From: Phycisphaeraceae bacterium | GTDB lineage: Bacteria; Planctomycetota; Phycisphaerae; Phycisphaerales; Phycisphaeraceae | DNA length: 64,000 nucleotides | Assembly: GCA_963674705.1 (NCBI GenBank) | Contig: OY771506.1 | Span: 576,001-640,000, forward strand | Reading direction: 5' to 3' | Shown here: piece after piece, positions 32,874-43,679 of the stretch | Layout: each line of letters begins with the position of its first letter | Position numbering within the stretch: position 1 is the first letter of the stretch | Made by a program: the position numbers and the translations under genes | Notes under the pieces: model-generated | What the model was told of the DNA's origin: nothing | Database searches by the model: none | What the model saw: the letters and a program-made list of their open reading frames with translations, nothing else

Positions 32874-33953
32874 TTATTCAGGTAAATGTTCCCGGAAAAA
32901 TCGTAACCAGTTGCCGTGGAAAATCGCGTCGATATCCGCGTCACTGTATCCCCGATCTTTCAACAGCCCGTCAAGCTTCTGCAAATCCGTTATCCGTTTT
33001 AAATCGCGTGGCGTCTGCTCCGTACCGAACCCGCCATCCAGATCACTACCGATCGCCGCGTGCTTGCAGTTCCCAGCCAACTGACACACGTGATCGATAT
33101 GATCAACCACCGCTTCCAACCCAACGACGTCCGGCGAAGTCTTCCCATGCTCCCAACCCGTGTACAGCATCCACGCATCGAGCGCCGAACCAATCACCGC
33201 CCCGCGCTCGATCAACCGCTTCAACTGCTCATCATTAAACTGCCGCTCATCCGGCACAAGCGCCCGACAATTCGAATGACTCGCCAGCACCGCCCCATCA
33301 AAGTGATCCAGCGCCTCATCAAAACTCTGATCCGATAGATGCGTCACATCAAGAATCATCCCCAACTGTTCAAACGCTTTTAACATCTCAAACCCCGCCT
33401 GCGAGACAGGCCCGTTAAACCCCGTCCCCACCGCGTGTGCGCTCTGCCCGTAATGACACAACCCCGCCGCACGCAAACCCTCTTCCCACCACCGCGCCGC
33501 ATCATCCGCCGACAGGATCGGGTCCGTCCCTTCCATACTAAGAATCAAACCGATGGGCGACCCTTGCATTCCCCCGATTTCACACTTCGCCCAATGCGCG
33601 TTCAGCGTTTGCACATCCTTAATAAAAGCAATCTCACCGCGCTCCGCCAATACTTTGTAATACGCCAACTGTCCCTGCCCGACAGCGCGCGTGATCGCAA
33701 AGTCACGATGATCCAGGTCCGTACGCATCACCGCAGCCACAGCCGGATTGCACCGCGTCAAAATCGTCCCCAGACAGACAGCAATCCCCGCCTTGCGAAG
33801 CTCCGGCAGACTCAACGTCGCCTTGCCCCGGCAAGGATGATCCGACATCCCCCGCTCCGCCTCATTAATCGCATCAACCGTCTGCGTCAGATCGCGATTA
33901 AACGACAGCGCATTCCACGAAAGATCAAGATGTGCATCAATCATCAACCGCAT
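32874..33953 (-). CDS. Membrane dipeptidase family (peptidase M19) amidohydrolase
   Basis: DAHLD, SMEG, DVTHLS, ASHSN, IGSDLDGG. Confidence 0.88.
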   Translation of the reverse strand: MRLMIDAHLDLSWNALSFNRDLTQTVDAINEAERGMSDHPCRGKATLSLPELRKAGIAVCLGTILTRCNPAVAAVMRTDLDHRDFAITRAVGQGQLAYYKVLAERGEIAFIKDVQTLNAHWAKCEIGGMQGSPIGLILSMEGTDPILSADDAARWWEEGLRAAGLCHYGQSAHAVGTGFNGPVSQAGFEMLKAFEQLGMILDVTHLSDQSFDEALDHFDGAVLASHSNCRALVPDERQFNDEQLKRLIERGAVIGSALDAWMLYTGWEHGKTSPDVVGLEAVVDHIDHVCQLAGNCKHAAIGSDLDGGFGTEQTPRDLKRITDLQKLDGLLKDRGYSDADIDAIFHGNWLRFFREHLPE

Positions 33954-34042
33954 AATAAGCGCCTTGCATTACCTCCCTCTCCCCCTGGGAGAGGGCCGGG
34001 GTGAGGGCCGTCTTGCCCTCGATTAACATTATTCACAAAACC

Positions 34043-35134
34043 TTACGCCACCTTCCCCCGTGCATCCACACAACACCGCTGCAATTCCCCATCTTCCACC
34101 CACCAGAACGCATCCTGCAGATTCACACACGGGCAGACATGGTTCGGGATCACCATCACACGCTCGCCGACCTTCGGCATAGCATCGCACTTACTCATAT
34201 CCAATACGCCATGCTCTTCATTCGTCCACGCAATACGCGCCTGCGGATACTCCACCACGTGCCCGAATCCCAGATCATTATCACCCATGCAGCGGTCCGA
34301 ACTGAGCATCTTGCTGCCCGCATCGATCACCACCTGCCCCGGCACCGCATCACTGACCACAGTCGTCAACACACGCGCCGCACAGTCATCGATCGTGCAA
34401 TACCCACGAGCGACCGTGTTCATATCGTTATACACGTACGTGCCCGGCCGAATCTCCGTCACACCTTTAACCTGATGCGACTGATACGCCGTCGGCGTCG
34501 ATCCACCCGAAACGATCTTCGCCTCCAGCCCGTCCCGCTGCCACAACTCAAGCGCTTCTGCTACCAGAGCCGTCACCGCTTCAAGCTCTTTATTCTGCTG
34601 CTCGGGCGAGGTCCGGACATGCCCCGGGTAAATCATCAACCCATCCAGACGAAGCCCCGCCGCCTGATCGATCGCCCTCGCAAGCTCAAGCGTCTGCGAT
34701 GCTGTCTGCACGCCCGTCCGCTTCAAACCCACATCAAACTCAACCAGCACGCCGAGCGTGCTGCCCTTCCGCTTCGCTGCTTCGGCCAGGTTCTGCACAC
34801 CCACCATCGAATCCACATCGACGCGCACCGTCTTGTTTCGCGCAAGCTCCGCCAACAACTCGCACCCCTGCGGCGAAACCACCGGGTACGCTACCAGCAC
34901 ATCATCCCCCGCCCCCACCATCACTGCCGCCTCGCCCGGCTTCGCCACCGCAAGCCCCACCGCACCCAGCGCTAGCTGCATCCGCGCCAGCTTCACCGAC
35001 TTGTGCGTCTTCGTGTGCGGCCGTAGCCCGATCCCGTTCGCCTTCGTGTAATCCGCCAACCTTTGCAGATTCCGCTTCACCACCGCAGCGTCAACCAGCA
35101 GGCAAGGTGTCGCAACTCCGTTTGTTACTGTCAT
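34043..35134 (-). CDS. DSD1/D-threonine-aldolase family PLP enzyme (alanine racemase fold)
   Basis: RPHTKTHK, SGGSTP, EIRPGTY, DAGSK, EEHG, PNHVC. Confidence 0.88.
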   Translation of the reverse strand: MTVTNGVATPCLLVDAAVVKRNLQRLADYTKANGIGLRPHTKTHKSVKLARMQLALGAVGLAVAKPGEAAVMVGAGDDVLVAYPVVSPQGCELLAELARNKTVRVDVDSMVGVQNLAEAAKRKGSTLGVLVEFDVGLKRTGVQTASQTLELARAIDQAAGLRLDGLMIYPGHVRTSPEQQNKELEAVTALVAEALELWQRDGLEAKIVSGGSTPTAYQSHQVKGVTEIRPGTYVYNDMNTVARGYCTIDDCAARVLTTVVSDAVPGQVVIDAGSKMLSSDRCMGDNDLGFGHVVEYPQARIAWTNEEHGVLDMSKCDAMPKVGERVMVIPNHVCPCVNLQDAFWWVEDGELQRCCVDARGKVA

Positions 35135-35170
35135 CCGATTAATCTCACGTTCTTGTCAATAAATAAGTAT

Positions 35171-36496
35171 TCACGAAGCCAAACAGGCAGGCAACCGGCT
35201 CATCCGATCCGCGACCTTATCAAGGTCCTGCTCATGAAAATCCGCCAGCGTCGTATGCAGTGTATTGTTCAAGGGCTTGACCCACCTCTCATCCAAACCC
35301 TTCGGCCCGAAGTAACAACCCAGCAGCGACCCGGCCGTCGCCCCGTAGCTGTCCGTATCGTTACCCTGCATCACCTGTTTACAAATACCGTCGCCCACAT
35401 CCTCAGCAAACCGTAGCGTGTTGATCATCGTCGCGGTCTCTTGAAACACCTTGCAATGACCGAACGCTTTGTAACGCTCGTGGATGCGGTTGTAGCCATC
35501 AAGCCAATCGCTCGCCTGCTGAACATACGTAAGCCCGTTACGGACCGCCTCGGCAAATCGGCTGCGCTGCGGCACGAACTGTAGCGCGATGCGGAACATG
35601 TCCAGACGATCCTTAACGACCGCAGCACAAGCGATCGCTGCCGCAGTAAACATCGTGGCGTAGAGCCCCGTTCGGCGATGCGTTAAACCCGCATCACGCC
35701 AGGCAAGCTCCGCCGCCAGCGCCGGATTACCCACGCAGGCATAACCATACGCATCCGCACGGATCTGCGCGCCGCACAACTCGGCGCCCGGATTCCATAC
35801 CCGCACCCAACGCTCACAATCCACCTCCCCGCCATCCAACGACGCCTGACCAATCTTCAATAGCGTCGTACGCTCCGGCCCAAACGTCCAACCGACCGGA
35901 AGCTGCCGCAACCACTGATCCGCAAGATGCGCCCGCGTAAACGATCGGCCGTAACGCTCCAGGATCAGCATCCCCAGCACGCTGTAGTTAATGTCATCAT
36001 CCGGTATTGCGCAGAAGATTGTTTCACGACACGATCCCGTCTCCAACTTAGCGCCCGGCCGAAGCAAGGAAACCGCACGTTGCGAGATATAGTCGTTGAT
36101 AGGCCAGTCGCCCATAGGCTCCAGCACGTCGCGCAACTCGGCAAGCGTCGGATCACACTCGACGGGTTTACCGAGCATGCAGCCGCAGACCGAACCGAGA
36201 AATCCCGTACGTATCCGCTCTGCCATAGCCGATGGATCGACCTTCGCGATCGCTCCCTTCGGTCGGGCCGGATCGCACTCCGCACGGATCGCATCCAACT
36301 CATCTGGCTCAACGTATGGCCAATCGCCTCGCATCGGCAGGTCCGCAAGACGTTCAGCAAACGCCTGCATCGCGTCATAACTCGCCGGCAAAACCTTCAA
36401 CTCGTCGATCAAACCGCCCGTGTCATGACCCTGCGCTTCCCGGGTGTCTATGACGCCCAGCAACAAACGACGTAACTGCTCAATCGAGGCTAGCAT
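35171..36496 (-). CDS. ADP-ribosylglycohydrolase family protein
   Basis: GCMLGKPVE, DDDINY, GAQIRAD, GNDTDSYGATAGS. Confidence 0.85.
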   Translation of the reverse strand: MLASIEQLRRLLLGVIDTREAQGHDTGGLIDELKVLPASYDAMQAFAERLADLPMRGDWPYVEPDELDAIRAECDPARPKGAIAKVDPSAMAERIRTGFLGSVCGCMLGKPVECDPTLAELRDVLEPMGDWPINDYISQRAVSLLRPGAKLETGSCRETIFCAIPDDDINYSVLGMLILERYGRSFTRAHLADQWLRQLPVGWTFGPERTTLLKIGQASLDGGEVDCERWVRVWNPGAELCGAQIRADAYGYACVGNPALAAELAWRDAGLTHRRTGLYATMFTAAAIACAAVVKDRLDMFRIALQFVPQRSRFAEAVRNGLTYVQQASDWLDGYNRIHERYKAFGHCKVFQETATMINTLRFAEDVGDGICKQVMQGNDTDSYGATAGSLLGCYFGPKGLDERWVKPLNNTLHTTLADFHEQDLDKVADRMSRLPACLAS

Positions 36497-36655
36497 GGAA
36501 GCACTTTCTTCAATAACACCAAGGCGGATCAACCTTGAGCGCAACGGGATGGGTGCCACATCTTGATCGCGCAGCGACAAGGTGTGCTGCTGCCCGCACA
36601 CTTTGCTCCTGTGGAGTCAAAGTGTGGCACCCGATACGCCATCGGTTGATCCTCA

Positions 36656-38419
36656 CTAAAGTCCAGGTAAACGCAAACGCACCCTCATGGTAACCCGCTT
36701 GCCCTTGCCGCGCCTGCTTATCCGGTTCGCCAGGCAAACCCGGTTGTCCGAACCGATCGCCGGCGTCTGCGTTAGCGTAAAACCGCCACCCGCTTCTGCG
36801 CCGACCTGCTCGATCGCCACATCCCCCCGCGCTAACTGCAACACGGCTCGCTTGCCGCCCCGCTCAATCACCGCGTTAGCCGGCCCAAGATGCAATGGCT
36901 GCTCCACACGCGCCGCCTTGTTCGCATCAACCCGATCTTCGATCGTCACCGACTTATCCGTGATCGACACGCTCCGCCACCAGACATAGCTGAACCCATC
37001 CACGCCGCCCTTGCTTTCGATCATAACCTTCTCAGGCGAATACTTCTTGATCCGGATATCGGTATCCGAAAGATACTTCGGATCGAACCCACGCACGTTC
37101 GCGGGATTCACCAGCACCACGTTGTGCGACTGCGCCGAGCGGTACCAGTCTTCCCAAAGTTCAAGATCGTAGCTGCTGCACCCCGAATCCATTAGCACCT
37201 GTTCGTTGCCGACGAAAATCAGGACGTTCGGCTTACCCGCGTGGATGTGATGCGATTTGTTCGGCATCGCATCAATGTAAACACTCACATCCCCCTTACG
37301 CAGCACCACGATCTGGCTATCCGCAAAACACACGCTCCTGTTCGCCTTCGTCTGCGGGATCGGCAGTAACTCGCGAACGATCCGCAAGTCCTGCGCAACA
37401 TCCAGCGCGTACGAATCCGACACCTGCAACGTCTTGCCTTGCGGCGTCGCGGTCGCTTCAAGATGCTTGTACTGCTGCTTGATCCCGCGTTCCAGGCCCG
37501 CGATCGGCTTCAAGCCGTTCATTTTCAAAAGCAAATACGCATCGACATACAAGCGTGCAATGAAGTGGCTGTAGCTCGGGCTGCCCTCGATGCTGCCGCC
37601 ATCCTTGAAAATCTCTTTCGTCAATTGGTCCTTGACGATCTCGCGCCCCGCTTCGATGAAGCCTTCCGCGTTTTCAAGTTCCGGATATAGCGCGCCCGTG
37701 TACATCAGCGCGACGCCGTGCTGCAGGAAGTGGTTGCCGTGCCCGCTCTTCTTCTCAAGCGCGTTGAGCGCTTCTTCGTATAACCGTCCGCTGTGCAGGC
37801 CGATCGCCTGATAGATCTTTCGCCAGTGGTTGCGCTTCAGGCTCTTTGAACCGGCCAGCAGCTTCACACTGTGGATCATCACCAGTAGCCGCCAGGTGAT
37901 CTGCATGTCGAACCACGTGTACTTCGTCTTCACCCGCGCATCCGGCAAAGCCATATCTATATAAGGATTCGCCTTGCACCAGTCGTCGAAGTACTTGAAC
38001 CACAGCTTCGCCCAACGCTCCTCGCCCGACCGCAAAAACCGCTGTGCGATCGGCAGAAGGAAGTACAAGCGGTTCGCCCAGACATGCTGCTCGATGAGCG
38101 TACAGCAAGGCGAGCCGATCGTCTGATCGTACACCTTGTCCCAGACCATCCGCCCATCGACTAACCAGTCCGCCAGCAGCGTCCCGTCATCCAGCGCATC
38201 CAAAAAGTGCCGGGCAGTCGCCCCGCCCAGGCGGTGGTTCGTGCTGAAAAACGCCCCGCCATCCAGCACCAACAGCGGGAAGATGTCGTACCGCTTCAGC
38301 AGCTCATCACCGTAGGGATAGCGACCCTGTTTTACGGTAGATTTGTAAAAGTCTTTGCTATACGGCCTGTTATAACTGGACACCCAACACCTCCTAATCC
38401 CCCGCTTACCATCGATCAC
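36656..38419 (-). CDS. Heparinase II/III-like polysaccharide lyase
   Basis: GNHFL, DGGSIEGSPSY, HIHAG, DSGCSSY, SHNVVLVN. Confidence 0.8.
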   Translation of the reverse strand: MIDGKRGIRRCWVSSYNRPYSKDFYKSTVKQGRYPYGDELLKRYDIFPLLVLDGGAFFSTNHRLGGATARHFLDALDDGTLLADWLVDGRMVWDKVYDQTIGSPCCTLIEQHVWANRLYFLLPIAQRFLRSGEERWAKLWFKYFDDWCKANPYIDMALPDARVKTKYTWFDMQITWRLLVMIHSVKLLAGSKSLKRNHWRKIYQAIGLHSGRLYEEALNALEKKSGHGNHFLQHGVALMYTGALYPELENAEGFIEAGREIVKDQLTKEIFKDGGSIEGSPSYSHFIARLYVDAYLLLKMNGLKPIAGLERGIKQQYKHLEATATPQGKTLQVSDSYALDVAQDLRIVRELLPIPQTKANRSVCFADSQIVVLRKGDVSVYIDAMPNKSHHIHAGKPNVLIFVGNEQVLMDSGCSSYDLELWEDWYRSAQSHNVVLVNPANVRGFDPKYLSDTDIRIKKYSPEKVMIESKGGVDGFSYVWWRSVSITDKSVTIEDRVDANKAARVEQPLHLGPANAVIERGGKRAVLQLARGDVAIEQVGAEAGGGFTLTQTPAIGSDNRVCLANRISRRGKGKRVTMRVRLRLPGL

Positions 38420-38974
38420 TCATACCGCGTGACACGATCCTCCCCAATCCACGCCCTGAAGACAACATGATAATTAATTTTCTCAAATAGATAAAGAACG
38501 TGCCGCCCCTTGTATCTATAAAGTTCTCCCCTCCCCTCCCCCGGCGTGGTCGCTTCAGCGATCCACACGCCAACACCCCAATTCCCTCCCACTCCAAATT
38601 ACCTCCGGGCAATACCCATTCAACCGATCCGCCTTTACCTCCCTCCACACAACCAGACACAAAACAATCGGTTTTCACATCCACAATCAAACGGCTTATC
38701 TCATACCCTCTGGATACCGAATAATGACCGTGTTTGAGCACACATTCCGGTTCTGATCCGTGTTTATCCGTGTTCATCTGTGGCTAAAAATCAATGTCTT
38801 GAACCGTGTCGCATAAGCACTATTTACATGACTACAAACAATTGACCCGACCTTTTAATCCTGTTAGTTTTGACCGCGTGAGACCTTCACATCATGCCTT
38901 GCCTCGGCCGACACGGATGACACTCTCCCGATGCAGCGCATCATCCTCACAGCAACCACTTGAAAGGAACGCTC

Positions 38975-40264
38975 ATGGGTGTGTTTGATCCTCCCTCCGA
39001 TACCCAGATCGAATCCGCTTACGCCATCGCGAAAGACCGCTATGCAGCGCTAGGCGTCGATACCGAACAGGCGATCGCAAACGCACTCGCCACCCCGATC
39101 TCCCTGCACTGCTGGCAGGCCGATGACGTCGCGGGACTTGAAACACTGCCCGGCGTGACCGACGGCGGCGGGATCATGGCGACCGGCAACTACCCCGGCA
39201 AAGCAACCACCGGTGACCAGATGCGCCAGGACTACGATAAGGTCCTCTCGCTATTACCCGGCACGCAACGCCTGAACCTCCACGCCTGCTACGCAGAAAC
39301 CGGCGGCAAAGCGGTCGACCGCGACGGCTACACCGCCAAACACTTCGGCAAGTGGATCGACTGGGCCAGGCAATCCTCCATCGGCCTGGACTTCAACCCG
39401 ACCTTCTTCGCGCATCCCAAGGCGGAGGACGGCCTGACACTCAGCCACGCAGATAGCGGCATACGTAAATTCTGGATCGATCACGGCATCGCGTGTCGGA
39501 AGATCGCACAAGCGATGAGCGAAGCGCTGGGCACGCCTTGCGTTACCAATATCTGGATACCGGACGGCCTGAAGGATTCGCCAGCCGACCGCTGGTCGCC
39601 GCGCAAACGCCTGATCGAATCGCTCGATACGATCCTTGATAAAAACCTCGGTATCGATAACACCAAGTGCGTCGATGCAGTCGAAAGCAAACTCTTCGGC
39701 TTAGGCAGCGAAGATTACGTCGTCGGTTCGTTCGAGTTTTACAGCCATTACGCACTGACGCGCCACACGCTGCTTTGCTTGGATATGGGCCACTTCCACC
39801 CGACCGAAACCATTCACGACAAGCTCTCAGCGCTGCTGCAATATCATAAGAAACTGCTGCTGCACGTCAGCCGACCGATCCGCTGGGACAGCGACCACGT
39901 CGTGATTCTTAACGATGATGTGAAGAACGTCTTCCTGGAACTGGCGCGCGGCAACGCGCTTAACCGTGTCGTTGTGGCGATGGACTTCTTCGATGCAAGT
40001 ATCAACCGCCTGATGGCCTACGTCGTCGGCGCCCGCGCCACACGCCAGGCCATCCTAAACGCGTTACTCGACCCGTCATCCAGGCTCATCGAGCTGGAAG
40101 CGCAAGGCAAAGCCGGCCAAAAACTCGCCGCGATGGAAGCGGCAAAGGTGTTGCCATTCGGCGCGGTTTGGGACATGCTCTGTCTGCGCAGCGGCGTCCC
40201 CGCCGGCGCGGGTTGGGTGCCGATCGTGGAGGCGTATGAGAAGGATGTGCTTTCAAAACGCTGA
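38975..40264 (+). CDS. rhaA: L-rhamnose isomerase
   Basis: ISLHCWQADDV, ATGNYPG, DAVESKLFGLG, DMGHFHPTE, RWDSDHV. Confidence 0.95.
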   Translation: MGVFDPPSDTQIESAYAIAKDRYAALGVDTEQAIANALATPISLHCWQADDVAGLETLPGVTDGGGIMATGNYPGKATTGDQMRQDYDKVLSLLPGTQRLNLHACYAETGGKAVDRDGYTAKHFGKWIDWARQSSIGLDFNPTFFAHPKAEDGLTLSHADSGIRKFWIDHGIACRKIAQAMSEALGTPCVTNIWIPDGLKDSPADRWSPRKRLIESLDTILDKNLGIDNTKCVDAVESKLFGLGSEDYVVGSFEFYSHYALTRHTLLCLDMGHFHPTETIHDKLSALLQYHKKLLLHVSRPIRWDSDHVVILNDDVKNVFLELARGNALNRVVVAMDFFDASINRLMAYVVGARATRQAILNALLDPSSRLIELEAQGKAGQKLAAMEAAKVLPFGAVWDMLCLRSGVPAGAGWVPIVEAYEKDVLSKR

Positions 40265-40302
40265 AAAATAATCGGAAACGAATAAGATGTGATTAGATAA
40301 AT

Positions 40303-40420
40303 CCCTTCTCCCGCCGGGAGAAGGCAAAGATGAGGGCCGGGTTGATTGTGCATAGATTGCACAAACGCATGCACAAAGACTCCGGCCCTCACCCCAGCCC
40401 TCTCCCAAGGGCAGAGGGAG
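40303..40420. repeat. REP-like palindrome pair CCCTCACCCCRGCCCTCTCCC-N3-GGGAGAGGG (about 10 copies in the window)
   Basis: Copies near 8657, 33974, 40303, 40386, 41970, 42052, 43539, 46276, 52051 and 56516, all intergenic. Confidence 0.8.
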
Positions 40421-40435
40421 TAAGAAGCAGAAGGA

Positions 40436-41911
40436 ATGACAATGCCTCAAAACGGTGAGCGTGTTTACTTGGCGGTCGACCTCGGCGCAGAAAGCGGGCG
40501 TGTTGTCGCGGCGCAATTCGATGGCAAAGTGATCGAGCTGATCGAAGTACATCGTTTCCCGAACGGCCCCGTCGAACTCGATGACGGCCTGCACTGGGAC
40601 TTCTCCTCGCTGTGGGACAACATCGTTGAAGGCTTGAAACTGTCCGCCCAACGCTGGGGAAAAAGCATTGTTTCCATCGGTGTCGACACGTGGGGCGTAG
40701 ACTACGGCCTGGTTGATAGCCAAGGCAACCTGCTTGCCGAACCCTTCCACTACCGCGACAGCCGAAACGATGGCATGCAGGATGAGGCGTTCAAGCTCGT
40801 AACGAAGCGCGAAGTCTACGACCGAACTGGCATCCAGTTCCTGCCGTTCAATACGGTTTATCAACTGCTTGCCGAATCGCGTGCAAACACAAACGCTTAT
40901 CAACAAGCCAAGCATCTGCTTTTTATCCCCGACCTGATCAATCATCGCTTAACCGGACGACTCACCAACGAGTACACGATCGCCAGCACCAGCCAGGCGA
41001 TGGATGCACACTCGCGCCAATGGGCGCTGCCGATGCTAAAGCAACTCGGTATCCGCACCGACTTGTTCTGTGATCTCATTGAACCCGGCCAAACCATCGG
41101 CAAGATCACTTCAACGATCGCGCAACAAACCGGCTTGCATCCGAACGTGCAAGTCGTTGCGGTCGGCTCGCACGACACCGCCTCAGCGGTTGCCGGCGTT
41201 CCCGCTTCAGGTGATGGTTGGGCTTACTTAAGTTCAGGTACGTGGTCGCTGCTAGGCATCGAAGTCGATAAGCCGATCATCAACAACGAGTCTTTCGAGC
41301 ACAGTTTCACCAACGAAGGCGGCGTGCTCGGGACGGTTCGCGTGCTCAAGAACATCAGCGGGTTGTGGTTGCTCCAGGAGTGTCGTCGGCAGTGGCAACG
41401 CGAGGGTGACAACTACACATATGGCGAACTTGCATCGATGGCGGAATCGGCGCAGCCGTTCGTGCATCGGCTCGATCCGGACGACCCGATCTTCACCTCG
41501 CCGGGTCGCATGCCTGAGAAAATCAACAACTACCTTTGTGCGCACGCGCAACAAAAATGCCAGGATCGTGCGCTCATGGCGCGGTGCATTCTAGAATCAT
41601 TGGCGATCAAGTATTTTGACACATTGAGCATTTTAGCGCAGCTTTCAGATCGGCCTATCCAGACGTTGCATATCGTCGGCGGCGGGTCGAAAAATCGACT
41701 GCTCAACCAGTTCACCGCCAGCGCTACGGGCAAGCGCGTCGTCACCGGGCCGGTCGAAGCAACCGCCATGGGCAACATCCTCGTGCAACTGATCGCATCC
41801 AGCGCGGTCGCCGATCATGCAACCGGCCGCGCAATCATCGGCGCGGGTTCGGGCGGCAAGGTTTACGAACCGATCGATCACGAGAAGTGGTTGGCGCAGG
41901 CGCGAAAGTAG
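40436..41911 (+). CDS. rhaB: Rhamnulokinase
   Basis: AVDLGAESGR, DTWGVDY, SHDTASAV, SSGTWSLLG, GPVEATAMGN. Confidence 0.93.
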   Translation: MTMPQNGERVYLAVDLGAESGRVVAAQFDGKVIELIEVHRFPNGPVELDDGLHWDFSSLWDNIVEGLKLSAQRWGKSIVSIGVDTWGVDYGLVDSQGNLLAEPFHYRDSRNDGMQDEAFKLVTKREVYDRTGIQFLPFNTVYQLLAESRANTNAYQQAKHLLFIPDLINHRLTGRLTNEYTIASTSQAMDAHSRQWALPMLKQLGIRTDLFCDLIEPGQTIGKITSTIAQQTGLHPNVQVVAVGSHDTASAVAGVPASGDGWAYLSSGTWSLLGIEVDKPIINNESFEHSFTNEGGVLGTVRVLKNISGLWLLQECRRQWQREGDNYTYGELASMAESAQPFVHRLDPDDPIFTSPGRMPEKINNYLCAHAQQKCQDRALMARCILESLAIKYFDTLSILAQLSDRPIQTLHIVGGGSKNRLLNQFTASATGKRVVTGPVEATAMGNILVQLIASSAVADHATGRAIIGAGSGGKVYEPIDHEKWLAQARK

Positions 41912-42126
41912 TCGTTGCGATTACCACTTCACCTTCATTGATTACGTGTGTATAGCACATTGCGTAATACCTTCTCCCCTTGGGAGAAGGCAAGGATGGG
42001 GGCCGGATTGATAAAGCGCTCTTGTTGAAATCCGATTACACAAAGACTTCAGCCCTCACCCCGGCCCTCTCCCGCGGGGAGAGGGAGTAAAGTTAACTTT
42101 CATTCGCTCGATGAAGACAAACTTGA

Positions 42127-43443
42127 TCACACCGACATCAATACTGGTGTGGTCAGCATGGTATACGGGCCTTCGGGGATTACGGCGATGCGTCTATCAG
42201 GATTGTCTTTGATGAATTGATCGATGTACTGCTGCGCGCGGGTTTGTGCGTCGCCTTTACCCGGCGCGGGGGTGACAGCGACTTTATGTTGCGTTTCGAT
42301 AGGCAACCCGTCATTTGCGAAGAGGCTGCGTTCGATGCCGAGTTTTTGCAGGACGCGCGTCTGCATCTGGTAGCCCCACTGGTCTTTCTCTGTTGTTGCG
42401 CTTTGTTTGATGTGTTCGAGAAATGCTTGCCAGTCCGGGCCGAAGCGGTCGTAGATCGCGACGTATTCCGGGTCGCCGATGCGTTGACAATCCGCGACGG
42501 TCAGTAATATGCCGTCTTCTTTTACTGCGGGCAGCGCGCAGCACATGCCTTTGACGGTTTGATAGAAGCTTGTATCCAAGGGGAATCCGCCGCCGCAGGT
42601 GACGACAAGATCGAACGGTTCATCGAAGTCGGCGGACGCCCAGCGTGCAGAGTTTTTGCATCCTGCGATGAACGCTTGATCCAGATCACCCGCGTAAACG
42701 CCTGCAAGTTTTCGGTCGTGCGTGACAGCAACGTTAAGCAGGAAGTCGACGCCGACCTTGTGAGCCGCCATGTCTGCGATTTCGTGGCACGGGTTGCCGA
42801 CGAGTCTGCCTTCGACGGAGTTGGGGTCAGCCATGGTTGCGTAGCCGTGGAAGCGTTGCACGGTGGCAAGGTCGACGATGCCGGGGCAGATGCCTTTGCG
42901 TCCGCCGGAGAAACCTGCCATGAAGTGCGGCTCGATCAAACCCGTCACGATCTTGAGGTCTGCTTCGGCGTAGAGCTTGTTGATCGAGATCGGCGGATCA
43001 TCGGTGATGCGGATGTGCGTTTCGTGTTTGCGTGATTCGTGATCGACGACGTTGACTCGTTTCTGCAGTTCTTTGCCGATCAGGATGTCGAGTTCTTCCT
43101 GGGATGATGGCAGGTGCATGCCGGTCGCGATGAGTACTGTGCAGGCGGAATCGGGGATGCCGACAGCGTTAAGCTGCTCGAGGATCGCGGTAATGAGCAG
43201 TTCGTTTGGCACGGGGCGAGTGATATCACTGATCGTGATGACAACGGTTTTAGGCTTTTTTTCCGCGGCGATTTCGTGCAACGGTTTGCAGCCGATCGGG
43301 TTTTTTAAACCCTCGCGCACCGCGGCTTGCGGGTCGGGCAGTGCGGGGATGTGCGGGCCGATCAGGACGGTTGCGGATTCGGGGAAGCTGAGCTGCATGC
43401 GTCCTTTGCCGAAGCGCAACGATTGTGTGTTCTTGGTTTGCAT
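42127..43443 (-). CDS. larA: Nickel-dependent lactate racemase family
   Basis: SDITRPVP, ATGMH, EPHFMAGFSGGRK, YQTVKG. Confidence 0.88.
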   Translation of the reverse strand: MQTKNTQSLRFGKGRMQLSFPESATVLIGPHIPALPDPQAAVREGLKNPIGCKPLHEIAAEKKPKTVVITISDITRPVPNELLITAILEQLNAVGIPDSACTVLIATGMHLPSSQEELDILIGKELQKRVNVVDHESRKHETHIRITDDPPISINKLYAEADLKIVTGLIEPHFMAGFSGGRKGICPGIVDLATVQRFHGYATMADPNSVEGRLVGNPCHEIADMAAHKVGVDFLLNVAVTHDRKLAGVYAGDLDQAFIAGCKNSARWASADFDEPFDLVVTCGGGFPLDTSFYQTVKGMCCALPAVKEDGILLTVADCQRIGDPEYVAIYDRFGPDWQAFLEHIKQSATTEKDQWGYQMQTRVLQKLGIERSLFANDGLPIETQHKVAVTPAPGKGDAQTRAQQYIDQFIKDNPDRRIAVIPEGPYTMLTTPVLMSV

Positions 43444-43679
43444 GAGGATGTCTCTGATATTTTGTGCTTTGTGCATTTTACGCGAATTTACCTGGGGCTA
43501 TGAAGTTGATATGGCTGGGAAGTGTATGAAGCAAACGGCCCTCTCCCTTGCCCTCTCCCAAGCGGAGAGGTGATAAGAACACGTGCTTCTCATAGACTAA
43601 TCACCGATGGTCGGTTGAAATGACAACGTGCCGGGGTGTCCGGCACGTTGAGAGGGTATACAAGTTGTCGAGCAGTCGA

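Noticed and set aside
34001..34975. 324-aa plus-strand ORF
   Set aside because: Antisense shadow of the DSD1-family gene; starts in a REP-like repeat and has no motifs.
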